14,418 nucleotides of DNA from positions 1 through 14,418 of the forward strand of contig JBMYOQ010000094.1 of NCBI GenBank assembly GCA_049599475.1, in the 5' to 3' direction. The position numbers were made by a program, and so were the translations under genes. The notes beneath the pieces were generated by a model that had not been told where the DNA came from, made no database searches, and worked only from the letters and a program-made list of their open reading frames with translations. Origin of the DNA: Opitutales bacterium. Its GTDB lineage: Bacteria > Verrucomicrobiota > Verrucomicrobiia > Opitutales > JABSRG01. Shown piece after piece: positions 1-7,444 of this stretch (the stretch's first letter is position 1; each line of letters begins with the position of its first letter).

Positions 1-1
1 A

Positions 2-52
2 GTAAACGCTTCTTAGACAACCTTAAGGCTCTTTAATTTTTAGAATCGGTAT
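2..52. repeat. Left copy of 51-bp perfect terminal inverted repeat (probable mobile-element end)
   Basis: GTAAACGCTTCTTAGACAACCTTAAGGCTCTTTAATTTTTAGAATCGGTAT is the exact reverse complement of 14368-14418. It is AT-rich and puts an in-frame TAG (41-43) in front of the cheR reading frame. Confidence 0.97.
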
Positions 53-886
53 AACAACTCAGCTAAGCAAATAACGCAGGCAGAGTATGAGGCATTTCGA
101 AAAATTGTTTACGAGCACTCCCGAATCAATCTGGGAGAAAATAAGAAGGAGCTCGTAAACGCGCGCATCATCAAGCGCCTGATCGCCACTAAAATAGACA
201 CCTTTCAGGCGTATTTGCACTTTATACAGAGTGCAGCCGGCGAAGAGGAGTTTACCAATTTCATAGACGCGATCTCTACGAATCACACCTTCTTCTTCCG
301 AGAATCCGCTCACTACGATTTCCTCAACAAGGAAGTTTTCCCCGAATTTTTCAATGGGTCATTGAAATGGGGCAACCAACTGCGCCTCTGGAGCGCGGCG
401 TCTTCCACAGGAGAAGAGCCCTACTCCATAGCCATGACCTTGGCCGATGCCTTTGCAGCCAACCCAGGCAAGGATTGGAGCGTCGAATGCACCGACATTT
501 CAACCCGCGTTTTGAAAACCGCGACCGACGGCATATACAAGAAGGACAGGGTCCAAAACATTGATAATCAACGGTTAAAGAAATACTTCCAACGAGGTAC
601 CGGCAGTAAGGAGGGCTTATTTCGCATTCGTACAGAGTTAAAAAACAAGATGCGTTTTCATAAATTAAATCTCTTACAGCCGTCTTATCCTTTTAGAGAG
701 TCCTTCCACATTATCTTTAACCGCAACGTAATGATCTATTTCGACCGAGAGACCCAAGAGGAGTTGATTGCTAAAATGACCCCTCTCCTCGCCCCCGGCG
801 GCTATCTCATTATCGGTCACGCAGAAACCCTCTCAGGACTCAAGCACCCCTTGAAAATGGTGCGCCCTTCTATCTACCGAAAATAG
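53..886 (+). CDS. cheR: Chemotaxis protein-glutamate O-methyltransferase CheR, 5'-truncated (start codon lost at the repeat junction)
   Basis: The frame is open from the repeat junction: NNSAKQITQAEYEAFRKIVYEHSRINLGENKKELVNARIIKRL (CheR N-terminal helical domain). It continues through TNHTFFFRE, WSAASSTGEEPYSIAM, TDIS, IFNRNVMIYFD and GGYLIIGHAE. The ORF-track start at 215 (TTG) is internal. Confidence 0.93.
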   Translation, partial: NNSAKQITQAEYEAFRKIVYEHSRINLGENKKELVNARIIKRLIATKIDTFQAYLHFIQSAAGEEEFTNFIDAISTNHTFFFRESAHYDFLNKEVFPEFFNGSLKWGNQLRLWSAASSTGEEPYSIAMTLADAFAANPGKDWSVECTDISTRVLKTATDGIYKKDRVQNIDNQRLKKYFQRGTGSKEGLFRIRTELKNKMRFHKLNLLQPSYPFRESFHIIFNRNVMIYFDRETQEELIAKMTPLLAPGGYLIIGHAETLSGLKHPLKMVRPSIYRK

Positions 887-893
887 TGCCCAA

Positions 894-2111
894 ATGGACT
901 CCGGCCCTATCAGAGTCATGGTCGTCGACGATTCGCCGACGATCCGTAAATTACTAAAGAAAATTTTTGAATCGGATGATGAGATCGATCTGGTCGCATC
1001 CGCCATGGATCCGTTTGAAGCTCGCGATAAAATAAAACAGCACAAACCGGATGTCCTCGTCTTGGATTTGGAGCTACCGAAAATGGACGGGCTCACGTTT
1101 CTGAAGATCATCATGAAACAACGGCCGATGCCGGTGATCATCTTTAGCACTCTATCCAAAAGCGGTACTGCAATAGCATTGGAAGCCCTCAGATCCGGCG
1201 CCTTCGACGTATTTGGAAAGCCCGAATCGAGCAAGGACCTCAAGAGTATCAGCGAAACCCTTTGCATGAAGGTCAAAGAAGCCGGCTGGGCTCTTAGGCA
1301 CAAGACGTGGAGGCACCGCGTAGAGAGCAATATGACGGCCTCCCCTTTCAGCATACACCGAGGCGCCCAGTCCTCACGGATCCCATGGCCTGAGAAACCA
1401 CAAATCCGATCCAATCATTTACTCCTTGTCGGGGCATCCACCGGAGGCACCGAGGCCGTGAGCAAAATGCTGCGCAAGCTGCCTCCACAGTTTCCCCCGA
1501 TCTTGGTGACTCAGCACATTCCCAAAAACTTCTCTCATTCGTTCGCCCTCAGACTGGAGGCAGAATGCGCCCTGACAGCCAAAGAAGCCGAGCACGGAGA
1601 GGAAGCCAAAGCAGGCTGCATTTACGTGGCCCCCGGAGGCAAGCATATGACGGCTAAATGGACCGGCCGGCACTACCAATTGTCTCTCAATGAAGATGAG
1701 CCGGTCTGGCATCAACGCCCAGCGGTAGACATTCTGTTTAAGTCTTTAGTGGAATCTGCCGGCCCACACATGGTCGCCACGATCCTCACAGGTATGGGCC
1801 GAGACGGAGCCGATGGCCTGAAAGCCCTCCGCGATGCCGGAGTGCGGTGCTTTGCACAGAATGAGGAATCGTGCGTCGTTTTCGGAATGCCTCGCGCAGC
1901 CGAAGAACTCGGAGCACCCGAAAAGATGCTCCATCTCAAAGAGCTTCCCGACGCAATTATTCAGGCCTTCCAAGACAGCTTTAAGGGGAAAAAGCCACCC
2001 CCTCCTTTTCTACAGAAATCCTCAGCGGACTCAACGTTGACTCAACCTAATGCCTCACTCGCCTCTCAACGATTTACCCGACCCCCTGTTTCTCGTAATA
2101 TCGCGGACTAA
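894..2111 (+). CDS. cheB: Chemotaxis response regulator protein-glutamate methylesterase CheB
   Basis: N-terminal REC domain (VMVVDDS, VLVLDLELPKMDG, FGKP). Methylesterase motifs GASTGG, TQHIP, HQRPAVDILF, LTGMGRDGADG and VVFGMP. Starts 7 bp after cheR. Confidence 0.97.
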   Translation: MDSGPIRVMVVDDSPTIRKLLKKIFESDDEIDLVASAMDPFEARDKIKQHKPDVLVLDLELPKMDGLTFLKIIMKQRPMPVIIFSTLSKSGTAIALEALRSGAFDVFGKPESSKDLKSISETLCMKVKEAGWALRHKTWRHRVESNMTASPFSIHRGAQSSRIPWPEKPQIRSNHLLLVGASTGGTEAVSKMLRKLPPQFPPILVTQHIPKNFSHSFALRLEAECALTAKEAEHGEEAKAGCIYVAPGGKHMTAKWTGRHYQLSLNEDEPVWHQRPAVDILFKSLVESAGPHMVATILTGMGRDGADGLKALRDAGVRCFAQNEESCVVFGMPRAAEELGAPEKMLHLKELPDAIIQAFQDSFKGKKPPPPFLQKSSADSTLTQPNASLASQRFTRPPVSRNIAD

Positions 2112-3963
2112 TCTCCTTGCCCACAACGCACATCGAGACTCTCCGTGGCATAGCTTTTTCGACGGCCACCTGAATCAGTCCTGGGCCAATGCATTGACTG
2201 AGGCCCTCAATGCAGCCGCCCCGATCATCGCAATCGAGAGCGCGATCGTCCAAGCCCCGATACAAGGAAATGTCCGGACACCGCTCAACTCGGATGGGGA
2301 ATGGCTTCAAATCTGCGCCCAGTGGTATACCGATGGAGATTCAGAAAAGACCTATTTAACACTTTCCAAGGAATTGAAGCCCCTCGAGTCTGGAAACGCG
2401 GGTGACGAGGAACTCGACGCAGTGGCCTCCCGCGCATTGCTCCTGCGCCTAAAACAAGCTGAGAGTAAATTAGAGACATACCTACACCATTTCCCTGGGA
2501 TTCTCTTTAGCCAAAGGCCAGACGGCAGCTTTGCATTCATTTCACCTCGTATCGAAGAATGGATTGGGAACGCCTCTCAACGCCTAAATCGATCCACGAG
2601 CGGCCTACGCGACCTCATCGCTCCCGAAGATCGAGAAAACGCACTGCAGACGATCCAGGAGAACAGCCCCAAAGGCCAACCCTACTCTCTGCAATACCGT
2701 ATTCTGAATCCTGAGACGCGCGCCCTGATCTACATCTACGACATACGCCTTCCTATCGTGCTGAGCAACGGCACCCACCTTCAAGATGAAGGTATCTGGA
2801 TCGACGTCACCCGGCAAGCTGTCGCCGAGAACCGTATTTCCTCATCCCTCTGGAAAGAAAACCTTTCGACGATTACCAGTGGTCTCGTGCACGATTTCAG
2901 CAACAGTATGGCCGGTATATTCTCCCTCAGCGAACTCTACCACGCGGAGATGGAACCCGATCATCCAAGGCAGGAAGGTATGGGCCAAATAAAGCAACAC
3001 GCCATGCGCGCCCAAACCCTAGTGCGACGCATTGTGGATATGAATCGCGACATTGCAGGCGAAACCGCCTACCACAACCTGGAGGTCTTGATCCGCGACC
3101 ATGAGGATATCATCGGCATCATTTTGCCCAAGTCGGCCAAGCTCGATTTTCAATTCCCGGACCAAGAGCTGTTGGTCTATCTCGATGAGGTAGCCTTCCG
3201 CCAAGCCCTCATCCATTTCGTTACAAATGCACGGGATGCTCTGCGAGATGGAGGCACCTTTGGCATTCATATCGAATGTATCGACAAGGGCTTCAACATC
3301 CACATCTGGGACGATGGCCCGGGTATCCCTGAGCACGACCGATCGCGGATTTTTGAGCCTTTCTTCAGCACCAAACAAGATCAGTCTGCTGCCGGGTTTG
3401 GTCTGTATGCAGCCAAGGCATTTGCGGAATCTGCAGGGGGCTCCATCTCCTTAGGTGAAAACAAATTTCCCGGAGCCCATTTCATACTCTTCCTCCCGGA
3501 TGCCGACTCGGCAAGACCGTCCATGGAGGAATCATCCTTTCACCAGGAAGAAGCGTCCACCTCGTTAATAGCAGACGCAGCCCAGGCCCCTCAGCTGTCA
3601 TCAAACGGCTCCATTGTCATCGTGAGCAAAGACGAGGAAGCCACCCAATACCTGGCTCAGGGTCTCGCGCCGAAAAACTGGAGCATCCACGAGTATCTAG
3701 ACAGCCAGGACGCTGCTCAAAACTTGGAGGACTCCGGAGCATCCCCATCGGTAATTATTTTCGCACTAGGCACGGGCGTGCAGCTAAAGAGCGACGATTT
3801 GGAGCCGTTAAATCAGTGGGCCGACGAGGCCATGACCACTTTGTTCCTTATGCCTGATACAGAGCGACCACCCGACGATATCACCGAGTCCTTCGATATG
3901 TTACTAGACACCAGTCTAGGTATCGAAGGAATTCGCGCACGTCTGGAGCCCTGGATGGCTTAA
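2050..3963 (+). CDS. PAS-domain sensor histidine kinase with C-terminal degenerate receiver-like domain
   Basis: PAS-like region (FPGILF...DGSFAFISPRIEEWIG...IAPEDRE...YRI). H-box LVHDFSNSMAGI, N-box FVTNARDAL, G1 DDGPGIP, F-box IFEPFFSTK, G2 AGFGL. No obvious TM helix. The start overlaps cheB and is somewhat uncertain. Confidence 0.9.
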   Translation: MPHSPLNDLPDPLFLVISRTNLLAHNAHRDSPWHSFFDGHLNQSWANALTEALNAAAPIIAIESAIVQAPIQGNVRTPLNSDGEWLQICAQWYTDGDSEKTYLTLSKELKPLESGNAGDEELDAVASRALLLRLKQAESKLETYLHHFPGILFSQRPDGSFAFISPRIEEWIGNASQRLNRSTSGLRDLIAPEDRENALQTIQENSPKGQPYSLQYRILNPETRALIYIYDIRLPIVLSNGTHLQDEGIWIDVTRQAVAENRISSSLWKENLSTITSGLVHDFSNSMAGIFSLSELYHAEMEPDHPRQEGMGQIKQHAMRAQTLVRRIVDMNRDIAGETAYHNLEVLIRDHEDIIGIILPKSAKLDFQFPDQELLVYLDEVAFRQALIHFVTNARDALRDGGTFGIHIECIDKGFNIHIWDDGPGIPEHDRSRIFEPFFSTKQDQSAAGFGLYAAKAFAESAGGSISLGENKFPGAHFILFLPDADSARPSMEESSFHQEEASTSLIADAAQAPQLSSNGSIVIVSKDEEATQYLAQGLAPKNWSIHEYLDSQDAAQNLEDSGASPSVIIFALGTGVQLKSDDLEPLNQWADEAMTTLFLMPDTERPPDDITESFDMLLDTSLGIEGIRARLEPWMA

Positions 3964-4021
3964 TTTTTTCGTTTCGAAACTCTGTTCACGTATCAGCATC
4001 CCGATACATTAATCGATCTTT

Positions 4022-5296
4022 ATGGTAAACAGCGCGCCCTCCCAGGTGAAGATCCTCATCGTGGACGACGATGAGATCATCCTCTATGCCCTCAAAGAGA
4101 CCCTGGCCTCCACGGGTTATGAGTTGCTGTTACACAAGAATCCGCTCGATGCATTGAAGCATTTGGAGGAGGAAGACGATAAATTTTCAGTCATCGTATC
4201 CGACCAGCGGATGACTCACATGACTGGTCTGGAATTTCTGACTAAGGCAAAAAAAATCCAGCCCGATGCATCCCGCATTCTCATCACGGGAGTCCTGACC
4301 TTAAAGATCGTTATCGATGCTGTAAACCGAGGCGAAATTTTCCGTTTTCTGGCAAAGCCATGGATGCGCGAAGAGCTCATGGCGACCATCCAAAACGCAG
4401 TTCAGCGTTACCAACTGCTGACGCTAAACAAAAGCCTCCAAGACGATACGCTGCAGCTCAACGAGCAGCTCGCTCAGACCAACGCCGAACTCAAAAAGAA
4501 GGTCAAGGAACTCACCGACCAGAAAAAGGCACTCGACGACGCAAACTCGGCCCTAATGCGTAACTTCGAGCGATCGCTGACCCTTTCGTTTAAAATGCTC
4601 AGCACCTTCCACCCGTCCCTGGGCAGGGAGACCAAGGCCGTCGTGGACATCTGTCAGCTAATTATCGATACCGGTTACATTTCGGCGCAGCTATCGCATG
4701 TTTTGCGCGTCAGCGCGTGGCTTCACAATATCGGCTTACTCGGGATGTCTCGCGACATTCTAGACAAATACCGCAACCAGCCCGAAGCCCTCGCGCCCAA
4801 GGAGATTGATCTGATTAAAAATCACACCATCTACGGTCAGCACCTAGCCTCCTTTGCTGACGACCTCGACGGCGTAGGTGAAACCATTCGAGCCTCCCAC
4901 GAGCGCTGGGACGGCACAGGATACCCAGACGGCCTGCGCACCCAACAAATCCCCGAAGCGGCCCGATATCTTGCGGTGGCAATCTACTACGTAGAATGTC
5001 GCCAACCGAAAGAGAAAGCCCTCGACCAAATTTTAAAACAATCGGGCAAAGCCTTCGATCCGGAAGCGGTTCGACTGTTCATGAAGGCCACCCGCCTCGA
5101 CCAACTCCCTCAGAAGGTCAAAGAAGTCCTCTTTAGCGAACTCGAGCCGGGCATGCGCCTCGCAAAAGGTATCTATGCACCCAACGGATTGATGCTCGTC
5201 CCAGAAGGCGAATCCCTCACCGAAAAACAACTGTCGAAGCTCCGCGACTACAATTTGGTAGATACCATCAACCAGCGACTGATTGTTTATCAATAG
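4022..5296 (+). CDS. Response regulator REC + coiled coil + HD-GYP-like domain (RpfG-like), degenerate HD motif
   Basis: REC motifs ILIVDDD, IVSDQRM and FLAKPW. Heptad-like linker. HD-GYP-like region WLHNIG...IKNH...HERWDGTGYPDGL...SGKAFDP. C-terminal ELEPGMRLAKGIY...G..L segment. Confidence 0.9.
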   Translation: MVNSAPSQVKILIVDDDEIILYALKETLASTGYELLLHKNPLDALKHLEEEDDKFSVIVSDQRMTHMTGLEFLTKAKKIQPDASRILITGVLTLKIVIDAVNRGEIFRFLAKPWMREELMATIQNAVQRYQLLTLNKSLQDDTLQLNEQLAQTNAELKKKVKELTDQKKALDDANSALMRNFERSLTLSFKMLSTFHPSLGRETKAVVDICQLIIDTGYISAQLSHVLRVSAWLHNIGLLGMSRDILDKYRNQPEALAPKEIDLIKNHTIYGQHLASFADDLDGVGETIRASHERWDGTGYPDGLRTQQIPEAARYLAVAIYYVECRQPKEKALDQILKQSGKAFDPEAVRLFMKATRLDQLPQKVKEVLFSELEPGMRLAKGIYAPNGLMLVPEGESLTEKQLSKLRDYNLVDTINQRLIVYQ

Positions 5297-5491
5297 AATC
5301 GCAACTCGCGCTAGTTCATAAACGGTGCTCGAGGTGAGCATCTGTCCGATCGTTTCGCTAAATCGGGTCAAGGGCAGCCCCTGAGGAATTTTAATGTGAC
5401 TGGATCACAATGACTTATGGGCAGGGCTTCGTTTAAGAATTTACCTACCAATCTCTCCCCGCTATTAAGAATGCCTTATCATCGTTATAAA

Positions 5492-6307
5492 ATGAATATA
5501 CTACGTTCAATCCTACCATGTATCATGGGCATCAAAATCGCAGGCGCTGCCACGTTGAGCCCATTCGCAAAAGACCAAGTCATTTTTCACCTAACACTTG
5601 ATGAAATTAATGGCACAACCTTCGAAGATAACGCTGGAAATTTCGACGGCACATTAATCGGAACCCATAATGGCTTTGTAGATGGGTTCGTGCGAAAGGG
5701 TGTTTCTTTCGATAAAACGAGTACCTATCAATTCACAGGTGGCGTCGAAGTCGCGTCGCCCAACCAATTGTTTACCTCAGTAAACGACGCGGATTTCACA
5801 GTGTCGTTGGTCACCAGCATCGAAGATGTGAATTCAGTGGGTGGCATTTATTCATTCGGAACACAGTCACCGGTCGATGTTCGCTATGATGGACCGAATG
5901 GAGGCCTGCAGATGAGATTTTGGGGCCCAGGCCATGTGGGTACACGCGTGGCAAACATAATTCCCAAAAGTGAGATGCAGACAGACACTCTGTATTTCAT
6001 CACTGTAGTATGGGATAAAACAAATCTCGAGACACGCGGTTATGTAAACGGTGTACTCAAGGCAACCCTATCACTCGAATCCGGCATAGACTACTTCAAC
6101 GAAAATGTCGAAATGGTTATCGGTGCCATCGAATATAATGGTAGCTACCAGACAACTCTTCAGGGCACTGTAGATGAGTTTGTAATGTTAAACACAGCAC
6201 TCGAAGATAGTGCAGTCTCAGACATCTATGAATTCTATCAACGCTTCTATTACACGCTCGAGAATGACCGCGACATAGACGACATTAAAGAATCCTTAGC
6301 TCCATAG
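5492..6307 (+). CDS. Putative secreted LamG/concanavalin-A-like jellyroll domain protein
   Basis: Signal-peptide-like N-terminus from ATG 5492 (the ORF is open from 5417). LamG-like patterns HLTLDE...G..FD, DFTVS, YFITVVWD...GYVNG, MVIGA and GTVDEFVMLNTAL...V..IY. Confidence 0.72.
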   Translation: MNILRSILPCIMGIKIAGAATLSPFAKDQVIFHLTLDEINGTTFEDNAGNFDGTLIGTHNGFVDGFVRKGVSFDKTSTYQFTGGVEVASPNQLFTSVNDADFTVSLVTSIEDVNSVGGIYSFGTQSPVDVRYDGPNGGLQMRFWGPGHVGTRVANIIPKSEMQTDTLYFITVVWDKTNLETRGYVNGVLKATLSLESGIDYFNENVEMVIGAIEYNGSYQTTLQGTVDEFVMLNTALEDSAVSDIYEFYQRFYYTLENDRDIDDIKESLAP

Positions 6308-6323
6308 GATTGTTTTATCCCAA

Positions 6324-6359
6324 AATACGCAGCGGCTCGATCGCCAGTCGCTGCGTATT
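6324..6359. terminator. Stem-loop between convergent genes, probable bidirectional terminator
   Basis: AATACGCAGCGGCT-cgatcgcc-AGTCGCTGCGTATT: 14-bp stem with one G-T pair and an 8-nt loop, lying between the LamG stop (6307) and the hisA stop (6367). Confidence 0.75.
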
Positions 6360-6366
6360 CTTACAC

Positions 6367-7137
6367 CTACTTTTCGCGCCGATTCCACGCGACACAATCG
6401 CTGTATTTCACCTGGGACCCTCCAAAAATATCCAAGGCGCTTCCTATGGTGAGATCGAAATTCCCTTCGCTGAGATCATTTACAAGCTTCAGGTCTGATA
6501 ATTTGTAAGCGCCCCCCGCGTAGGTCATAGGGCGCTGCGCCCATTTTCCTAAATACTCGACGATCTCAGAGTCGATCCCTTCGCATTTCCCCTCTACGTC
6601 AGCTGCGTGTATCAAAAATTCACTACATGTATCGGCTAGCCGATCGAGCGTAGCATAATTCACATGCAAATCTGTTGGTGTCTGCCAGCGGTTCATTGCC
6701 ACAGTCCACCCATCGGCGGTTTTCCGACAACTGAGATCGACAACCAAGCGGTCGGGCCCGACGTGGCTCGATAGTTCCTGGAGTTTACCCTCATCAAAAC
6801 GGCCCGACTTATCAAAAAGCCAAGATGTTACAATTACATGACTGGCCCCTAGCGCTAGGAATTCATCTGCATTTTCAATACGGACACCACCTCCGATCTG
6901 GAGGCCTCCAGGATACGCAGCCAGAGCTCCCACCGCAGCGTCTCTATTTCCCGGCCCAAGCTGAATAACATGGCCTCCACGCAAGCCATCCTCTCGATAT
7001 CGTTCTGCAAACCATGAAGACGGCCGTTCGCTCACGAAATTTGTCTTCAGGTCAGATTCGCGCTCTGTAAGCGAGCCGCCGACAATCTGTTTGACCAGTC
7101 CATTGTGGAGATCGATGCATGGGCGAAAGTGAGTCAT
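6367..7137 (-). CDS. hisA: Phosphoribosylformimino-5-aminoimidazole carboxamide ribotide isomerase, eukaryotic (His6-like) type
   Basis: FRPCIDLHNGLVKQIVGGSL, GGHVIQLG, LQIGGG, GASHVIVTSWLF, LVVDLSCR, EFLIHAADVEGKCEGID, TYAGG and DLTIGSALDIFGG are characteristic of the His6-type HisA family. Confidence 0.93.
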   Translation of the reverse strand: MTHFRPCIDLHNGLVKQIVGGSLTERESDLKTNFVSERPSSWFAERYREDGLRGGHVIQLGPGNRDAAVGALAAYPGGLQIGGGVRIENADEFLALGASHVIVTSWLFDKSGRFDEGKLQELSSHVGPDRLVVDLSCRKTADGWTVAMNRWQTPTDLHVNYATLDRLADTCSEFLIHAADVEGKCEGIDSEIVEYLGKWAQRPMTYAGGAYKLSDLKLVNDLSEGNFDLTIGSALDIFGGSQVKYSDCVAWNRREK

Positions 7138-7401
7138 CCTGCAATTGGAGAGATTCCATGCATCAAATGCAAATCCAATATCATGGGTTACCGATCGCCT
7201 TTCGGACGAGAAATGGCACCTCCGCCAGGTAATGAAAAACCAGGATCAACTAAGGCTAAGGTATATACCGTAACTTCGCCCTTAAGTGCCCCTATTCTTA
7301 AAGTTCGAGGAAAAATTCACCGACATTCCCTACAACACTTATTGCAAGCGGGAGACGTAAGAGACTCATGTCGACCTGACTCAATTCTCAGAAAAAGGCC
7401 T

Positions 7402-7442
7402 CCTGCAAAACACACCTGCAAAACACACCTACAAATCACCTG
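7402..7442 (+). repeat. Short tandem repeat, 13-bp unit CCTGCAAAACACA
   Basis: Two exact copies (7402-7414, 7415-7427), a degenerate third (CCTACAAATCA, 7428-7438) and a partial fourth (CCTG), ending just before the ATG at 7445. Confidence 0.85.
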
Positions 7443-7444
7443 TC

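Noticed and set aside
21..28. Palindrome CCTTAAGG inside the repeat as a hairpin-telomere or recombination core
   Set aside because: Only 8 bp, and the symmetry does not extend further.
2..52. Terminal repeat as a CRISPR repeat
   Set aside because: Only two copies, inverted and 14 kb apart, with no spacer array or cas genes.
14..55. Outward-reading promoter in the repeat (TAGACA at 14-19 with TAGAAT at 41-46 or junction TATAAC at 50-55)
   Set aside because: Spacing between the candidate -35 and -10 hexamers (21 bp or more) does not fit a sigma70 promoter.
215..886. 223-aa CheR starting at TTG 215 as the real full-length gene
   Set aside because: CheR-like sequence continues in frame upstream to the repeat junction, so 215 is an internal codon.
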